Source of the DNA: Octopus sinensis
Lineage: Eukaryota
Length of the DNA stretch: 64,000 nucleotides
NCBI RefSeq assembly: GCF_006345805.1
Contig: NC_043015.1
Coordinates: forward strand, 23,374,001-23,438,000
Direction: 5' to 3'
The notes under the pieces are model-generated. The model was given only the letters and a program-made list of their open reading frames with translations, was not told where the DNA came from and did no database searches. Below, one piece after another: positions 39,911 to 53,094 of this stretch (position 1 is the stretch's first letter; each line of letters begins with the position of its first letter). Both the position numbers and the translations under genes were made by a program.

Positions 39911-41854
39911 CACACAAACACAAAAATATACACACACCATACGGTTTTCTACACAGTTTACGTAATTAAATTGACTCGCAACGTCTCCCGGAGCTCTAGA
40001 AACCAACTCTTGCCAAATTTGCCGCACGGTGGGACCGAAACCAAAAGCACATAGTTATCAAGCGAGTTTCTTTCCATACAGCCATTCGTAATCCTATTGC
40101 AGAAATCAATGATAAATTTTTTTATTAACTCCCATATGAAAAAATCAGTGTTAACAATTACGAGTTTCACAGATATTGATTATCATATACTGTTGCCTCT
40201 TTGGAAGATATTCGCAGAATAGCTCCAGTCTTTATCAGAAATATATCACTATCAGATGTTGTTGTACACTGCTTATCACTGTGCACTTTCTCGCATTGTC
40301 GAAGCTTTTGAATGATGTTATCCCTCTAACTAGGCAGACAGGTTGGTCAACGATCCCTGCCAACAAACTGCCATTTTACAGTTGTTTTGCAATAAAGGAA
40401 CGTTAAATGAAGTGTTTTGCACAGTCATTCTAACAATCGAACGTCGGTTTTGAAATCATGAGAATAGCAACCTAACTACTAGATAATGAAACTTCATATA
40501 ACGCATATAAATTAGTAGGTATTATATTGGCAACGATGTATTGTTCGATGAAATATGGGATGCGCACATCAGAAATATTAAGTATAAATATCGAATCTCA
40601 TCAGCAAAACGAGTCATCTGTGCAACATGTCCAAATACTAGGATCCATCGAAAAGTGTTTACAGGTGAAAAAAAATAAAAACACGAATGTTTGCAGAGAA
40701 ATGTCATCATTTGCATGAACGATGAGCAAGTAGTTGTTCTTTGATTCCTGAGAACGAAATATAAGTCCAAAATCGATGGAGTGTGGATTGAAAATTTATA
40801 TTTTCAATTAATCACTTGTAATGCATTCCCATAAACACAATTTTATGGTTTAGTAGATATCATGAGCCACTTGAAAATCAATGCCACCCATTAGAAATGC
40901 ACATTAGTTTGCACCTCATAAGCTAAGAACACCTTCTTGTCAATCCTCACCTGAAAATTGTTCAAGTCGAAACACTCGGGTGATTAATTTTTCTTTTACC
41001 GATTATATTTAGCGTGATTATAAATATGTGACTGTGATTCTACAATATACTACAAACAGCAAATAACTTAATTAGTTCATTTAATTATCCAAGAAGATAT
41101 TATATGTTTCAATATCACATCTTTATAAGATCTTACTATTTTTATTTCTTTTACTTTTTTCCGTGCCCGAAATCTGGTTCTTAAAAACGAAATTGCTGTT
41201 TTGTGATATCTCTTTTGCATTTCTTTCTTAGCATCCACGGCTTCAATCAAGTTGCTCATCAAATCGACATGCTGATATATTTAAATAATTTTTTTATATA
41301 ATCATGTAATACATTAACGTAATTTTCGTCAGTCACATGTCATGTTTTTATGATATATGAGCTATATAAGACATACTTCGTTTTCAAAATATATTGTAAA
41401 AGACAAAATACAGAAAAAATATCAAATCTTAATATTGATGAGGATATTTACATTTTTTACTGATAATATTGATGTCAGGAACCATTAACTTTGTGTGGTT
41501 GTTAAATCAATGTAGCTTATATTTTATATTACTAAAAACTACGGCTCTAGATTAATGTTGGCGAAAGTTTTATGCATCTTTCTTGTTAGGATATTGAAAC
41601 AACGTTTTTCACCTGTACATATGTCTGTATCATATAAAAGCAATTTCACAGTTTGTTTTATGATGATATATGAGATTCGTTTATTTGAAAAATGTCAGCT
41701 AACATTTACTATTGTTTACATTTATATAATATATATTTATTTGTCACCCGCCATCCCTCCCCACTCTCTCTCTACCTACCTACCTACCACCCACTCTCTA
41801 GAGATACACCTGTCATAATCGTTATTATTGTATTCATGGTATGGTCTTATAAAA

Positions 41855-42062
41855 TAAGAGGTAGCACAGACGTTAGCACACCGGGCGAAATACTTAGCGG
41901 TATTTTGTCTGTCTTTACGTCCTGAGTTCAAATTCCGCCGCGGTTGACTTTGCCTTTCATCCTTTCGGGGTTGATAAATTAAGTACCAGTTGCGTACTAG
42001 GGTAGATCCAATCGACTGGTCCACTCCCTAAAATCTCGGGCCTTGTGCCATGAGTAGAAAAG
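41855..42062 (+). mobile_element. SINE family 2
   Basis: cgttagcacaccgggcgaaa...gagttcaaattccgcc...gcctttcatcctttcgggg...gggccttgtgcc. Confidence 0.88.
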
Positions 42063-42875
42063 GTATGGTTTTATAAATGAAAAATACTGCGTCCCAAATC
42101 TTTATTACATGGATTCGTTTCAGATTTCCAACAGTTTTAGACATAATTCTTCAACTGATTCAATACACTTCCTCGTCCATATGTGCTTCAGTGTAAGCCA
42201 TGTTCGGTATTGATAATATAAAGACAAAATTTCCAGTTCATTTCGAGAATATTCAAGTTATTAACATGTTACATTTAATCGCACCGTCATTTATCTTTGA
42301 GGGTACAAAATAAAAACTTTCTCTGCAGAATATCAAGACCAATTTGTGGGTAAGGTTTTGCTTCTTGAGTGATGCTGCACCATTTCGTTGTATATGTGGG
42401 CAGAGTCATTTCCGGACACAAAGCTCAAACTAGAATGTTTACTACAATTGAAGAAATGCGTATTATAGCACAAGTATTATAGTTTCTACACTACTCTAGA
42501 AGAATCTAGAAAAATGCATTGCCTATACACTCACTCAATGGATTAATCAACTGACACACAAAAGGTGAGTGATAACATATTTACTAATTGAAGTGTACAG
42601 AGAAGTACTAATTAAAATTACAGATTCGAAGTATACATATTCGAAATTAACACATTCAGTAACGTAAGTGACAACAAACAACTACGAAATTATAATATAA
42701 TTAATGAAAATGAATATAAAATGAAACATGAGCAGCAACATTGAGGAGAGTGAGTCTTATGTAGAGGAAATGGCAACTTGTTTTACTTTATCAGATCACC
42801 TGAACAAAGTGTAGAATTTGTTTGTTTTGGCAGGCAAAGGCAATTTCTCACACATACATACATAGGTGTGTGTAC

Positions 42876-42919
<44 letters not shown>

Positions 42920-42933
42920 GCACTCACACACAC

Positions 42934-43001
<68 letters not shown>

Positions 43002-43075
43002 GTAATATAATTCGAAAATTACAGGGAAAAATTCAGTTTAGAAATTCTAAAACAAATTCACAATATATAACATAT

Positions 43076-43390
43076 ACACTTTCACTTGTTTCAGTCATGT
43101 GACAGTGGCCATGTTGGGGCACCGCCCTTTAGTCGAGTAAATCGACCCCAGGACTTATTCTTTGTAAGCCTAGTACTTATTCTATCGGTCTATTTTGCCG
43201 AACTGCTAAGGTACGAGGACGTAAACTCATCCGCATCGGTTGTCAACTGCAGTTTCCTTCTACCAAATCCAATCACAAGCTTTGGTCGGACTGAGGTTAT
43301 AGTAGAAGACACTTGCCCAAGGTGCCATGCAGTGGGACTGAAACTGGAACCATGTGGTTCGTAAGCAAGCTACTTACCACACAGCCACTC
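43076..43390 (-). mobile_element. SINE family 1 lacking the central microsatellite linker
   Basis: cacttgtttcagtcatgtgac ... ggttgtcaa joined directly to cagtttcc ... cacacagccactc. Confidence 0.88.
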
Positions 43391-44049
43391 TTTTTAGAGA
43401 AAAACCTCTATTAAACAATTCAATAGAGAAAGACGTTATTCACACCATATAGAAAATATATACTATAAAAAATTATTCTAAATATAAATAAAGTACATAA
43501 ACAATAAATTGTAAATAGTAGTAAAAAGAGTACGCGCGTTTCGTGGTTATATTTTCAAATAGATAATAATAATAATAAAATCAATTCGATTGAAAATTAA
43601 ATCGATCTAAAGTTAATTCATAAAAAAATCACTCATCCGGTCTAAAATAATAATAATAATAATAATAATATAATAATAATAATAATAATAATAACGATAA
43701 TATAAATAATAATAATAATAATAATAATAGAATAAATGTAGGTATTTTAACTTATACTAATTATCAAATAAATATAGAAAAATACGTGTATTAACTATAA
43801 ATAATCGAAAGTCATTTAACAATATTTCTTAAAATAAAAGCATAACTTATCTTATCGAATAATTTCTGTTAACTAAACATTTAAATGTAATACGTAGAAC
43901 TTATCGTCTATAGGAAATATATCGCGTGAAAATGATAACTTGTTAGAGAAATAAATAAATAAAAAATATAAAATTGTTCCAGAAAATACTCTTTATAATA
44001 TAAATAAGGACTCTAAATTAATCATGATGAAATATAATTTAGTTAATAA

Positions 44050-44700
44050 AACTGAACCTAATGTAACTATGCACCCTATAATTACATTAAAAGACCATAA
44101 GGAAAATTTTTATTCTGAGTCAAAAGTTAGACTGGGTAAATTTAGATCATTTTAACTAAACATAATAATAGATGAAATTAAATTAATTACTAGTACTAAT
44201 GATACTAGTAATAATGATACTTTAAATCTAGTTAAATTAAGTAATATCATTTTAGCTAAATATATTAATAGATTAAAGGAAATTAATTACCTTAAACTTT
44301 GGATTAGTACTAATGATGCTTTAAAATTGTTTAATAATACTACAGATAAAAGTAGATATAAATTCATTCAAATGGATATAGATAATTATTATTCTTCTAT
44401 TAATGAGATTGTACTCAATAAGCCCCTAATTTATACAATGAATAAGGTAGGATTGATTTCTGATGAAGTTAACGTTGTTAAAACTTCTAGGAAATCGTTG
44501 ATTAGATATGATAATAAATAGTTGGCTTGGAAGGATACTATGCACTATTTTGATATACCTATGGGGGCACCCAATTCTGCACAAGCGGAGGATTTAGTAG
44601 CTTTTTTTATTTATTATCGGAACTTCAATTAGAAATATTAAACATAGAGGGTTGATTATTTAGGTGCTAATTTTAATTTAATAACGGGTAAAACACAAGA
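44050..44700 (+). pseudogene. Penelope-like reverse transcriptase remnant
   Basis: From 44069 HPIITLKDHKENF..KVRL. From 44327 FIQMDIDNYYSSINEIVLNK..SRKSLIRYDNK*LAWK..FDIPMGAPNSAQAEDLVAF. These match PLE RT motifs (ITLKDHKENF; FDI..FYPSI; FDV.MG...A...LVG). Confidence 0.8.
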
Positions 44701-46099
44701 TCTCGCAATGCAGGGAAACGGTTAAACAACCAAAGACCTGCGAAACAGGAAAACTGCGTTGCGTGGAATCAATTGCAGTGATTACAAATAAATGTTCATT
44801 TGTATTCTTTTTTGTTGACTCCAACATATTCTATTATACACACACACACATCTATGTACACACATCTATGTACATATACATATATATATGTATATATGTA
44901 CATATATATATATATATATACATATATATGTATGTATATATATATATAAACGTGTGTGCGTGTAGGTGTGAGTGTGTGTTTGAGTGCGCGCGTAGCCCAT
45001 TGTCCAAGCATGTTCGATTTCTGATTTAACAACAAAAGCTGTGACAAGCTGAAGCGCCTGTATGGTAAATGGATATTTCATGATATTGAATAAACTGTCT
45101 GAATATTACTATGCGAACCGTTTTGCTTGCTTCCAATAATTCGCTTCAACTAACCAAATGCAGTTTGAGAAGGTTGTACATCGGTGACTCAATATGCATC
45201 AAAACAACAAACTAATTTTTTCCTCAAACTTTAACTAGTCGTCTGACAGTAAATCTTATTGGATTGTATAGCTGAGACTGCACATGACTTCAGGATTAAA
45301 AAGAAAAGAACTGGTCTAATGTTCTTTGGTGATCTATCTGCTCGATCATGTACGATGCAACAGTAAATATTAGGCATAACATTGCAGGATGCGCATCGGT
45401 CGTAATTTTCTAAACAACCAATGAATATATGGGAGCAACTAAGAAATAATCTTAATATCAATATAGAAAATAATTATGATTTGAATATTTCTCTCATAAT
45501 ATTAGTCGTATAATACAATTTCCACGTGTCACCTACTTTACCTGTTTCCGCAATTCAATTATTTACAAACGATATAATTTGTTCGGATTTGGCTGTGTAT
45601 CTTACATTATTATTGCTATCACCATAATATATACATATCGTCCACGATACCATAGAAATTGATATGTATATTGTTAGCATGGAACACTGTCGTAATATTG
45701 AAGTTGTAAAAGGAAGTCTAATTATATGAATTCCACTAATTATCTTATTACTAAATGAATACGAAAATTGCAAGCGATTTTCATATCTTGTTTATTGATC
45801 AATTACGAGTAAACTTCTAGCTATCTTACTAGCAAACCATACTTTAGATATGACAATAAGCGGACGTGTATGTACGTGTGTATGCATGTATCTATGTGTG
45901 TTTATGGGTGACTTATCCGAGTTGAAACAGTGCTGGATCGAATGCTTTGCTATATTTACTAGATTCTCTCAACCATAAATTCAAATCCTTGACAAATATT
46001 GACAACGATTCTGCTGTCAGTAGTGATAAAAAAAAAAGATATCAATAACTTAAATAGCTTCGATCGGTTTTGATCTGTATAGGCCCAGGTTGTTTTTAA

Positions 46100-46420
46100 C
46101 TGGTGAAGTGTTTTAGTCATAAATGGGGCACCATAGCCCACTCAAGCAAAGAATTATAATTATTGGAGACATATCTGACTGTAGGAAGTTGGTCCGGGAA
46201 TTTTTGGAGAAAGTTGTCCAGAGAACTTTAGAATCTTATGGGATCTGTTTCCGTTTTGACATATTTTGTTATACTATTAGTGAGAGCTGGACAGAGTTGA
46301 GGTAAAGTAGTTGCGACGCATTGTTGGTCATACCAACAATGATGTAATGGCGTGAGAGGTGAAGATAGATAATTTTGACATCCATATGTGATTGTTGCAT
46401 CATTATCTGAATCCGTCTTT
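46100..46420 (-). mobile_element. CR1/L2-like LINE 3' coding end
   Basis: Minus frame KYVKTETDPIRF*SSLDNFLQKFPDQLPTVRYVSNNYNSLLEW, resembling the FK..LD.FL..IPDQP C-terminal motif. Confidence 0.65.
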
Positions 46421-46671
46421 TGTACTACTCTTTTACACACACACACACACACACACGCACACATCATACGCACTTAAATACACACATTCACATGTAATAA
46501 TGCCTGCATATTTATATGAATATATGTAAATATATGTTTAAATATATCTATATCTTTATCTATCTATCTATTTATCTATCTATCTATTTATCTATCTATC
46601 TAACTACATGTCTATCTATCTACCTATCTATCTATTATCTATATATCAATCTATCTATCTATCTATCTATC

Positions 46672-46706
<35 letters not shown>

Positions 46707-46716
46707 TATATATATT

Positions 46717-47006
46717 GAGGCGCAATGGCCCAGTGGTTAAGGCGGCGGACGCGCGGTCGTAGGATTGCAGTTTCGATTCCCAGACCGGGCGTTGTGAGTG
46801 TTTATTGAGTGAAAACATCTAAAGCTCCACGAGGTACGGCAGAGGGTGGTGATGATCCCTGCTGTACACTTTCACCACAACTTTCTCTCACTACTTCTTC
46901 TGTTGGCCTGCTCGCTTAGCCAGCGGGGTGGCGTCATTGAAGGCTGAAACAATGCGAAGCGCATTGTGACCAGCGCTGTCTGGCAACATCTGATGGGCTA
47001 GCCGGT

Positions 47007-47013
<7 letters not shown>
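46717..47013 (+). mobile_element. tRNA-derived SINE, family 4
   Basis: A box TGGCCCAGTGG, B box GTTTCGATTCC, tail ggtcacgtga; sits between (TA)n arrays. Confidence 0.85.
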
Positions 47014-47034
<21 letters not shown>

Positions 47035-47038
<4 letters not shown>

Positions 47039-47107
47039 TCTATAATTATAAACATAATTATAATTGGCTGACCCCTAATTATGATTATGTTTATAATTAT
47101 AGAATAT
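47035..47107. repeat. AT-rich hairpin with ~32-bp arms
   Basis: atattctataattataaacataattataattg / taattatgattatgtttataattatagaatat. Confidence 0.75.
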
Positions 47108-47519
47108 TCTTATAATTTTACCTAAATAGGTTATTTTAATGTACCGATCTAATTGGTACAATTATTGATTATCAATTAAATAATTTCCCCCTTTTATTAT
47201 TAATATTAATATATATATATATATATATGCATACAAACATTCATAAGTATATGCATATATACATACATATATATAGTAAACTTGAGCATATATCTGTAAG
47301 TATGTGCTATTTGCCAATGCCATGTCTCGTGTAATTGCCACGGCAATTCTAGTATACCCATAGAAGCAGCTATTTTTCCCAGAAACTTATTCATGTCTCC
47401 GTGGCTTGTCGGGCAATCACAGAGACTTGTTCCTTCGTTGATTTATCTTTGATAATATCAAGTAAGTCTTGACCTGTTAGATTGAATATTTGTACCATAA
47501 TGTGTCTACGAGTGTAAGA

Positions 47520-47760
47520 ATTGGAATTGCATGATTGCAGTTGCATGATAAACGCATCTCAGCTCTGGGTACGGTTTAATTCTAACACTAAAATGCTTTA
47601 TGCAATGCTGATCTCATATTTTCCACATTGCACAAATGACCTTGCTTCTGCAGCGGCGTTTGAGGGAATACAGATTGAGTTTCTTAAGCTGGTATCAGTA
47701 ATAAAGTACTATCATACCAGGTATGTCTTTGCATCTTCCTTTGGGATGCCTTAGGTATTT
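47520..47760 (-). mobile_element. CR1/L2-like LINE fragment, upstream part of the 46100 piece
   Basis: Minus frame DIPGMIVLYY*YQLKKLNLYSLKRR...MWKI, resembling the Y.ERLK.L.LYSLERRR motif; collinear with 46100-46420. Confidence 0.6.
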
Positions 47761-48431
47761 TGTATTGTATAGGGAGAACATGAAATGCAGTAGTATTGTG
47801 GATGAGAGCGTGCAAAGAAGAGAAAGGAAGAATGACATCTAGTCCTCTGGAATAGAAAGGTCTAAAGAATTCTGGGATCTACCTATGAGCCATATCAACT
47901 TCACCTTTTAAACGGGTACTCCAGCTGAAGCTGTTAGCAATAGTTTTTCAAGTGTTTGATTGCGTGAAATGTCATGAGTGATCTTCTAAGAGTAAATAAT
48001 AACGTGTTTAAAAGCATTTCCCTTATCAATGTGTATTAAATCAAATTTTCTTCCCATTAGCAGCATTTTTTTGTTTCTTTATGCTTATTCCCTTATAACA
48101 CGGAGAAAGGAGTATTACACGCTCGCCAGCTCTATGGATAATGTTTTCATGCAACAGTTTTTCAATTTCTTTATTTTTTACTTTGTTTCACTACATTTAT
48201 GACGTGATTTCCGTAAATTATAAAACGGAGTAAATCCCAAAGAATCCCTTGGGTAACTGCTACTCGAGATATTTGATGGTATCAGTGAATTTTGGCTCTC
48301 ATCAAATATTGGTTTCTGTTTATCAGGAAATATTCAGAACATAGACCGGAACGAATGCTGTTGAGTATTTTGTCCGGCATACTCACGATTCTACTGACAC
48401 CCCGACTTAGTAATAATAATAATGATGATGG

Positions 48432-48467
<36 letters not shown>

Positions 48468-48475
48468 CGATGATG

Positions 48476-48985
48476 ATTTGACAGAGCAAAAAATTGGTAC
48501 GACCACAAACCTGAAGGCATTATCGAAAATAGAAATGAAAAGATCCTATGGGATTTTATGACTCAGTGCGACCATGATATAGAGAATACGAAGCCGGACA
48601 TAGTCTTAATTGTCAAAGAAAACAAACTATGCAGGATCATAGATATAGCATGCGCAGCTGACAACAAGGTATGCGATAAGGAAGAAAGAAAAGTCGAGAA
48701 ATATGATAGATTAACTTGGAAAGTTAAACAGTTGTGGTCGATGAAAAAGGCTGCAGTAATACCAATAATTGTTGGTGCCCTGGAAACAGTGAGCAAAAAT
48801 CTCGAGAAGTACGCGGAACAAATAGGGGCTGCAATAATGGTGGAGCACTTGCAGAAAACAGCACTGCTTGCAACCGCTCGAATACCCCGGAAGGTGCTCG
48901 AAAAATAAGAGGTATTACCTTAGTTCACTTGTAGTGAACAGCTGACACCGAACTACATCTCCAGCTTTAGAAGCTGTGCAAAGAC
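48476..48985 (+). mobile_element. 5'-truncated R4/Dong-like copy, same family as 13085
   Basis: TQCDHDIENTKPDIVLI..IIDIAC..IPIIVGAL..ALLATARIPRKVLEK*, with a 3' UTR closely similar to 15775-15851. Flanked by (TAA)(TGA)n upstream and (TAA)n downstream. Confidence 0.92.
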
Positions 48986-49910
48986 AATAAGTAATAATAA
49001 TAATAATAATAATAATAATGGTGGTGACAACAACATCAATGATGATAATAATAATCATAATAATAATAATGATAATAATGGTAAGAAGGAAGAGGAGGAC
49101 AGCTACTACAACAAGGTCTAGCAATGTTTGTGTGAGGAGGAAGAGGAGATGAGGAACATGGTATGACAGATAAAACTAATGGTCATACATATGAAGATGA
49201 TCACTGTCGATGATAACGATGATGGTGAAGACGACGATGATGACGGCGGCAGCGGTGAAGATGATGGTTGAAAATGGTGACGTTGATGATGGAAATAGTG
49301 GAGCTGCCTTTGGCGGTGACGATGAAATGTTTATTGTGAAGAGCTAATGTTTCTGGTCATCAATTGATCTAACGAATCAAAGTAAAGTTCAAATACTCGA
49401 TGTTGTAATAAAAGCATATTACATCAAGATTAGAAAGAAAACAAAAACACGAACGTTTTGAGTGAAGCTGTGAAACGGAAGCCTGGCAGCTGAGTTTTGA
49501 AGTGGTAGATCATTTGAGATTTCCTGTTAAGTTATTAATGTGTGTAAACCATATTTCAGAGGGAATTAATGTTCTGGGCTTGAATTCCAAGACTGAAATT
49601 CACAAGGTCTCGATAAAAGAACGAATCAGTTTTTGAGTATTTGATAGGAAGAGGTCAAAGGGTTATACAAGTTACAATACGATAATGGACTCATATTTTT
49701 GGTACTGTAACAAAAGCCATCATCTGAAAACAGTTTTGTTGCTGGGGTATGAAGAACAAGAATTAATGAGAAACGCGCAACAAGGACACAATTTTTTTAA
49801 TATTCAGTGCAGTATGTTCGCGTGTGTCTGTTCGTGGGTGCATGTAGACAAACATGTACACACATATGTATAGTACACTATGATATAATATGTGTGTGTG
49901 CACGCGCGCA

Positions 49911-49967
<57 letters not shown>

Positions 49968-49994
49968 CTGTTGGTTCGTGTGTGTGTAATAAAG

Positions 49995-50320
49995 AGACGA
50001 CACCGGAAAATCAAAGGTTGCGTAAAGAACTCCATTCGTTTAAAAGTGTTTCAGATATAAGATATCGTTGCAGTCACAGTCGAAGACCCCATCATCTTCA
50101 AACGGAAAATGGACAAATTTCTTCAAAGGATACCTGATAAGCTTCATATACCTGGATACACCTCACCCAACAAGACTCTCTACTCGAACGCGACATGATA
50201 TCACAATACTTCGACTTACAAAGGATTCAGCAAATCCTAACAAATGGTGCTATTAAGGTAGACATGGCCTGGGCCAGTCTTTGTTCGGAACATATCGAAT
50301 TTATCAGTTTATAAAAATAT
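49995..50320 (+). mobile_element. CR1/L2-like LINE 3' end
   Basis: VEDPIIFKRKMDKFLQRIPDKLHIPGY. Confidence 0.7.
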
Positions 50321-50359
50321 ATGTATATGCATATGCATATACATACATACATACATACA

Positions 50360-50390
<31 letters not shown>

Positions 50391-51023
50391 CTATATCTAT
50401 ATATATATATACGAAAAATGTTTGGTAGGAATCAATGGATATATGGATGTTTCTAGTTGATCAAACAATCTCTTAATCGATCACTGACGCTTTCACTCTG
50501 TGGCATATTTTGTATTTAAAGGTACGGATATGAGTCATTAGCTTGAACGCATGCTACATCTTTATAGTCAAAGTAGACTTAAAAACTAACTTACATGAAA
50601 CAAAATGTTCTGCACCTAAAACAAGATTATTTAGTAATGGATGTTAGATTTTATATTTTCGTCCCTTCCAACTCTTCCTGATTGTTTTCTAAATGTACGA
50701 CGAAGACCTACGTGGAAAAATTCATAGTATTACTTTATAGCTTGCACTTTATAATTTGCTTCCTTCGTCGAGTATCAACTTCATGATACAACACGAGAAT
50801 ATTTCTTGTAATTCATATTGTCTCTTGTTAATCACTTGAATTTTGGAAACGGTAGACATGAGTATAATGATGTAAAAATGCCTGCATTCATAGATGCATG
50901 TATCTATATACATACACACGCTTTGCCTAAGCATGGAAGTGTGTGTATGTGAGAATGGTGGTAATTTCAGATCCGAAATTTTACATCGGGGATATGTAGA
51001 CTTATGTGCTGTATATATATATA

Positions 51024-51100
<77 letters not shown>

Positions 51101-51586
51101 TGTGTGTCTGTGTGTGTATAAAGACATATATACAGAGAGAGAGAGAGAAAGAAAGACAGAAATAAAGAGACAGGGAGAGCGTTGTATATACGTATATACG
51201 TAAAGAAATTATGTATATATCTACGTGTGTATATATATACACATACTCATGCACACGCGCACGCACAGACACACACACGCCTTATTTGCAGAACATGTGT
51301 TTACTAGTTACTACGTGCTGCAGGCTGTGAGTCTTAGAAATGTCTTCCTTTGAAAGAAATAACGAAGACGTGAACATGAGGTGGATGATAAAATTTGACG
51401 TCAATAGGCGTGTGCCTGTTACCGTGTATATTCATTCCTGGTTGAAGGACGAATTATTTATTTTAAATGAAACATTAATAAAAATAAAAACAGTAATTCT
51501 TGCCCGAAGAGTAATCGACATAAACAGACTAATAACATATCCTCTTCATAAACTGCGCGCACACGCACACACTCACACACACTAAC

Positions 51587-51638
<52 letters not shown>

Positions 51639-52439
51639 GCATTTATATATCTATACACACACACCAACACACACACACATATATATATGTAGATATCTCA
51701 TCCAGTGTGCAAATAGACGCATGCCTGCTACTATTTAGTTTAGAGCGCCACATATATACTTTAGCATTTTTTTATTTTGCTGCCAGTATTATGTTTAGAA
51801 AATAATTATAATTAGCTTAGGAAACAATTATAATTAGAAATAAGTACAATTAGTTACTAGTTATGATACATATAGCAAATGTAATAGAAAGTACGTCAAA
51901 TAAATTTATATTATTTGTTCCCATACATGTTTCACCCTTGTGGAACTTAGCAATGGACGTTCCAAGTGAATTAGAATGTTAAAGTACAATCTGTCATCAG
52001 GGAATACTGTGTTCTATTGTATTGTTACAGTGAACTCGTGTTTAATGTTGGTCAGATGGTGAAGCATTTCATATATACTTTGCTAGGGAAGTAGAAAAAA
52101 GCATTTGGAAGAGAAACGTAAAAAGGGGGTGAAAAATAGAGACAAAGAGAGAGAGAGAGAGAATCAAAAAGGAGTAGTTACTTGCTATATTTCCTTTTTT
52201 GATTTTTCAATATCCGAACCGTTCGGCTTTTCTTCATTGATTCAGGATTAACTCCTGTCTGAAGTATTTAGATGATTTCTTAAGTCAATCACAAAGTGCA
52301 GTGATACATTTTAGCCAACATCCATGGAATAAATCTCGTTCAGGAAATTTTCAGTTTGGCACCCCTTTCAATACTTTCTAAAATATTCTCCTGTTATCTC
52401 TTTGTTTCTTAGATTTGGTAAATCTAAGTTATTCATCCT

Positions 52440-52944
52440 TATCCTTTTTAACCATTATACATCACCATCGTACTTTATTTCGTGGCTCCAAATGTTTCTC
52501 CAGAATTCCATTACCCCTTCCTTGTTGGGTGGCACGCTCACTATAGCATCTCCTTTTAGTTCCTTATAAAATCTTTGATCCGTTTCGAACAACTTATTTT
52601 CTCTAGACTGTTCAGTTCTGTTTTTGCATCTTTTGATCTTGGCAACTTGCGCTTTAAACTTTTTTCTTTTTATTCTTCCATTAGTCACTTACATCTTTTT
52701 TTGTTTCTGTTACTACTTTCTTTAGATTGCTTCATACAATCTAGATTTTGGTGTAACCCTATGACTAAGAATCTCCACCCTCGCAATATCTTTTTGCAAC
52801 CTGTTTCTGTTACTACTTTCTTTAGATTGCTTCATACAATCTAGATTTTGGTGTAACCCTATGACTAAGAATCTCCACCCTCGCAATATCTTTTTGCAGC
52901 CTGTCTACCTGTTCCTGTAATCGCCTTTTCCTTCAGCGTGATGT

Positions 52945-52945
<1 letters not shown>
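52440..52945 (-). mobile_element. R4-clade N-terminal fragment containing a 100-bp tandem duplication
   Basis: QVDRLQKDIARVE and KAQVAKIKRCKNRTEQSRENKLFETDQRFYKEL..EFWRNIWS. 52702-52801 is repeated at 52802-52901 with one mismatch. Confidence 0.8.
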
Positions 52946-53090
<145 letters not shown>

Positions 53091-53094
53091 AGTT

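Noticed and set aside
40520-40610. Minus-strand CTGATGA followed by a TTCGAT/ATCGAA stem
   Set aside because: No GAAA at the expected position and weak stem I.
44455-44500. CTGATGA...GAAA with a small hairpin
   Set aside because: It lies in the RT reading frame (ISDEVNVVKTSRKSL) and has no stem I or III; coincidental.
46717-46800. tRNA-like A and B boxes here and at 36845
   Set aside because: They continue into SINE bodies and lack a complete cloverleaf, so they are not tRNA genes.
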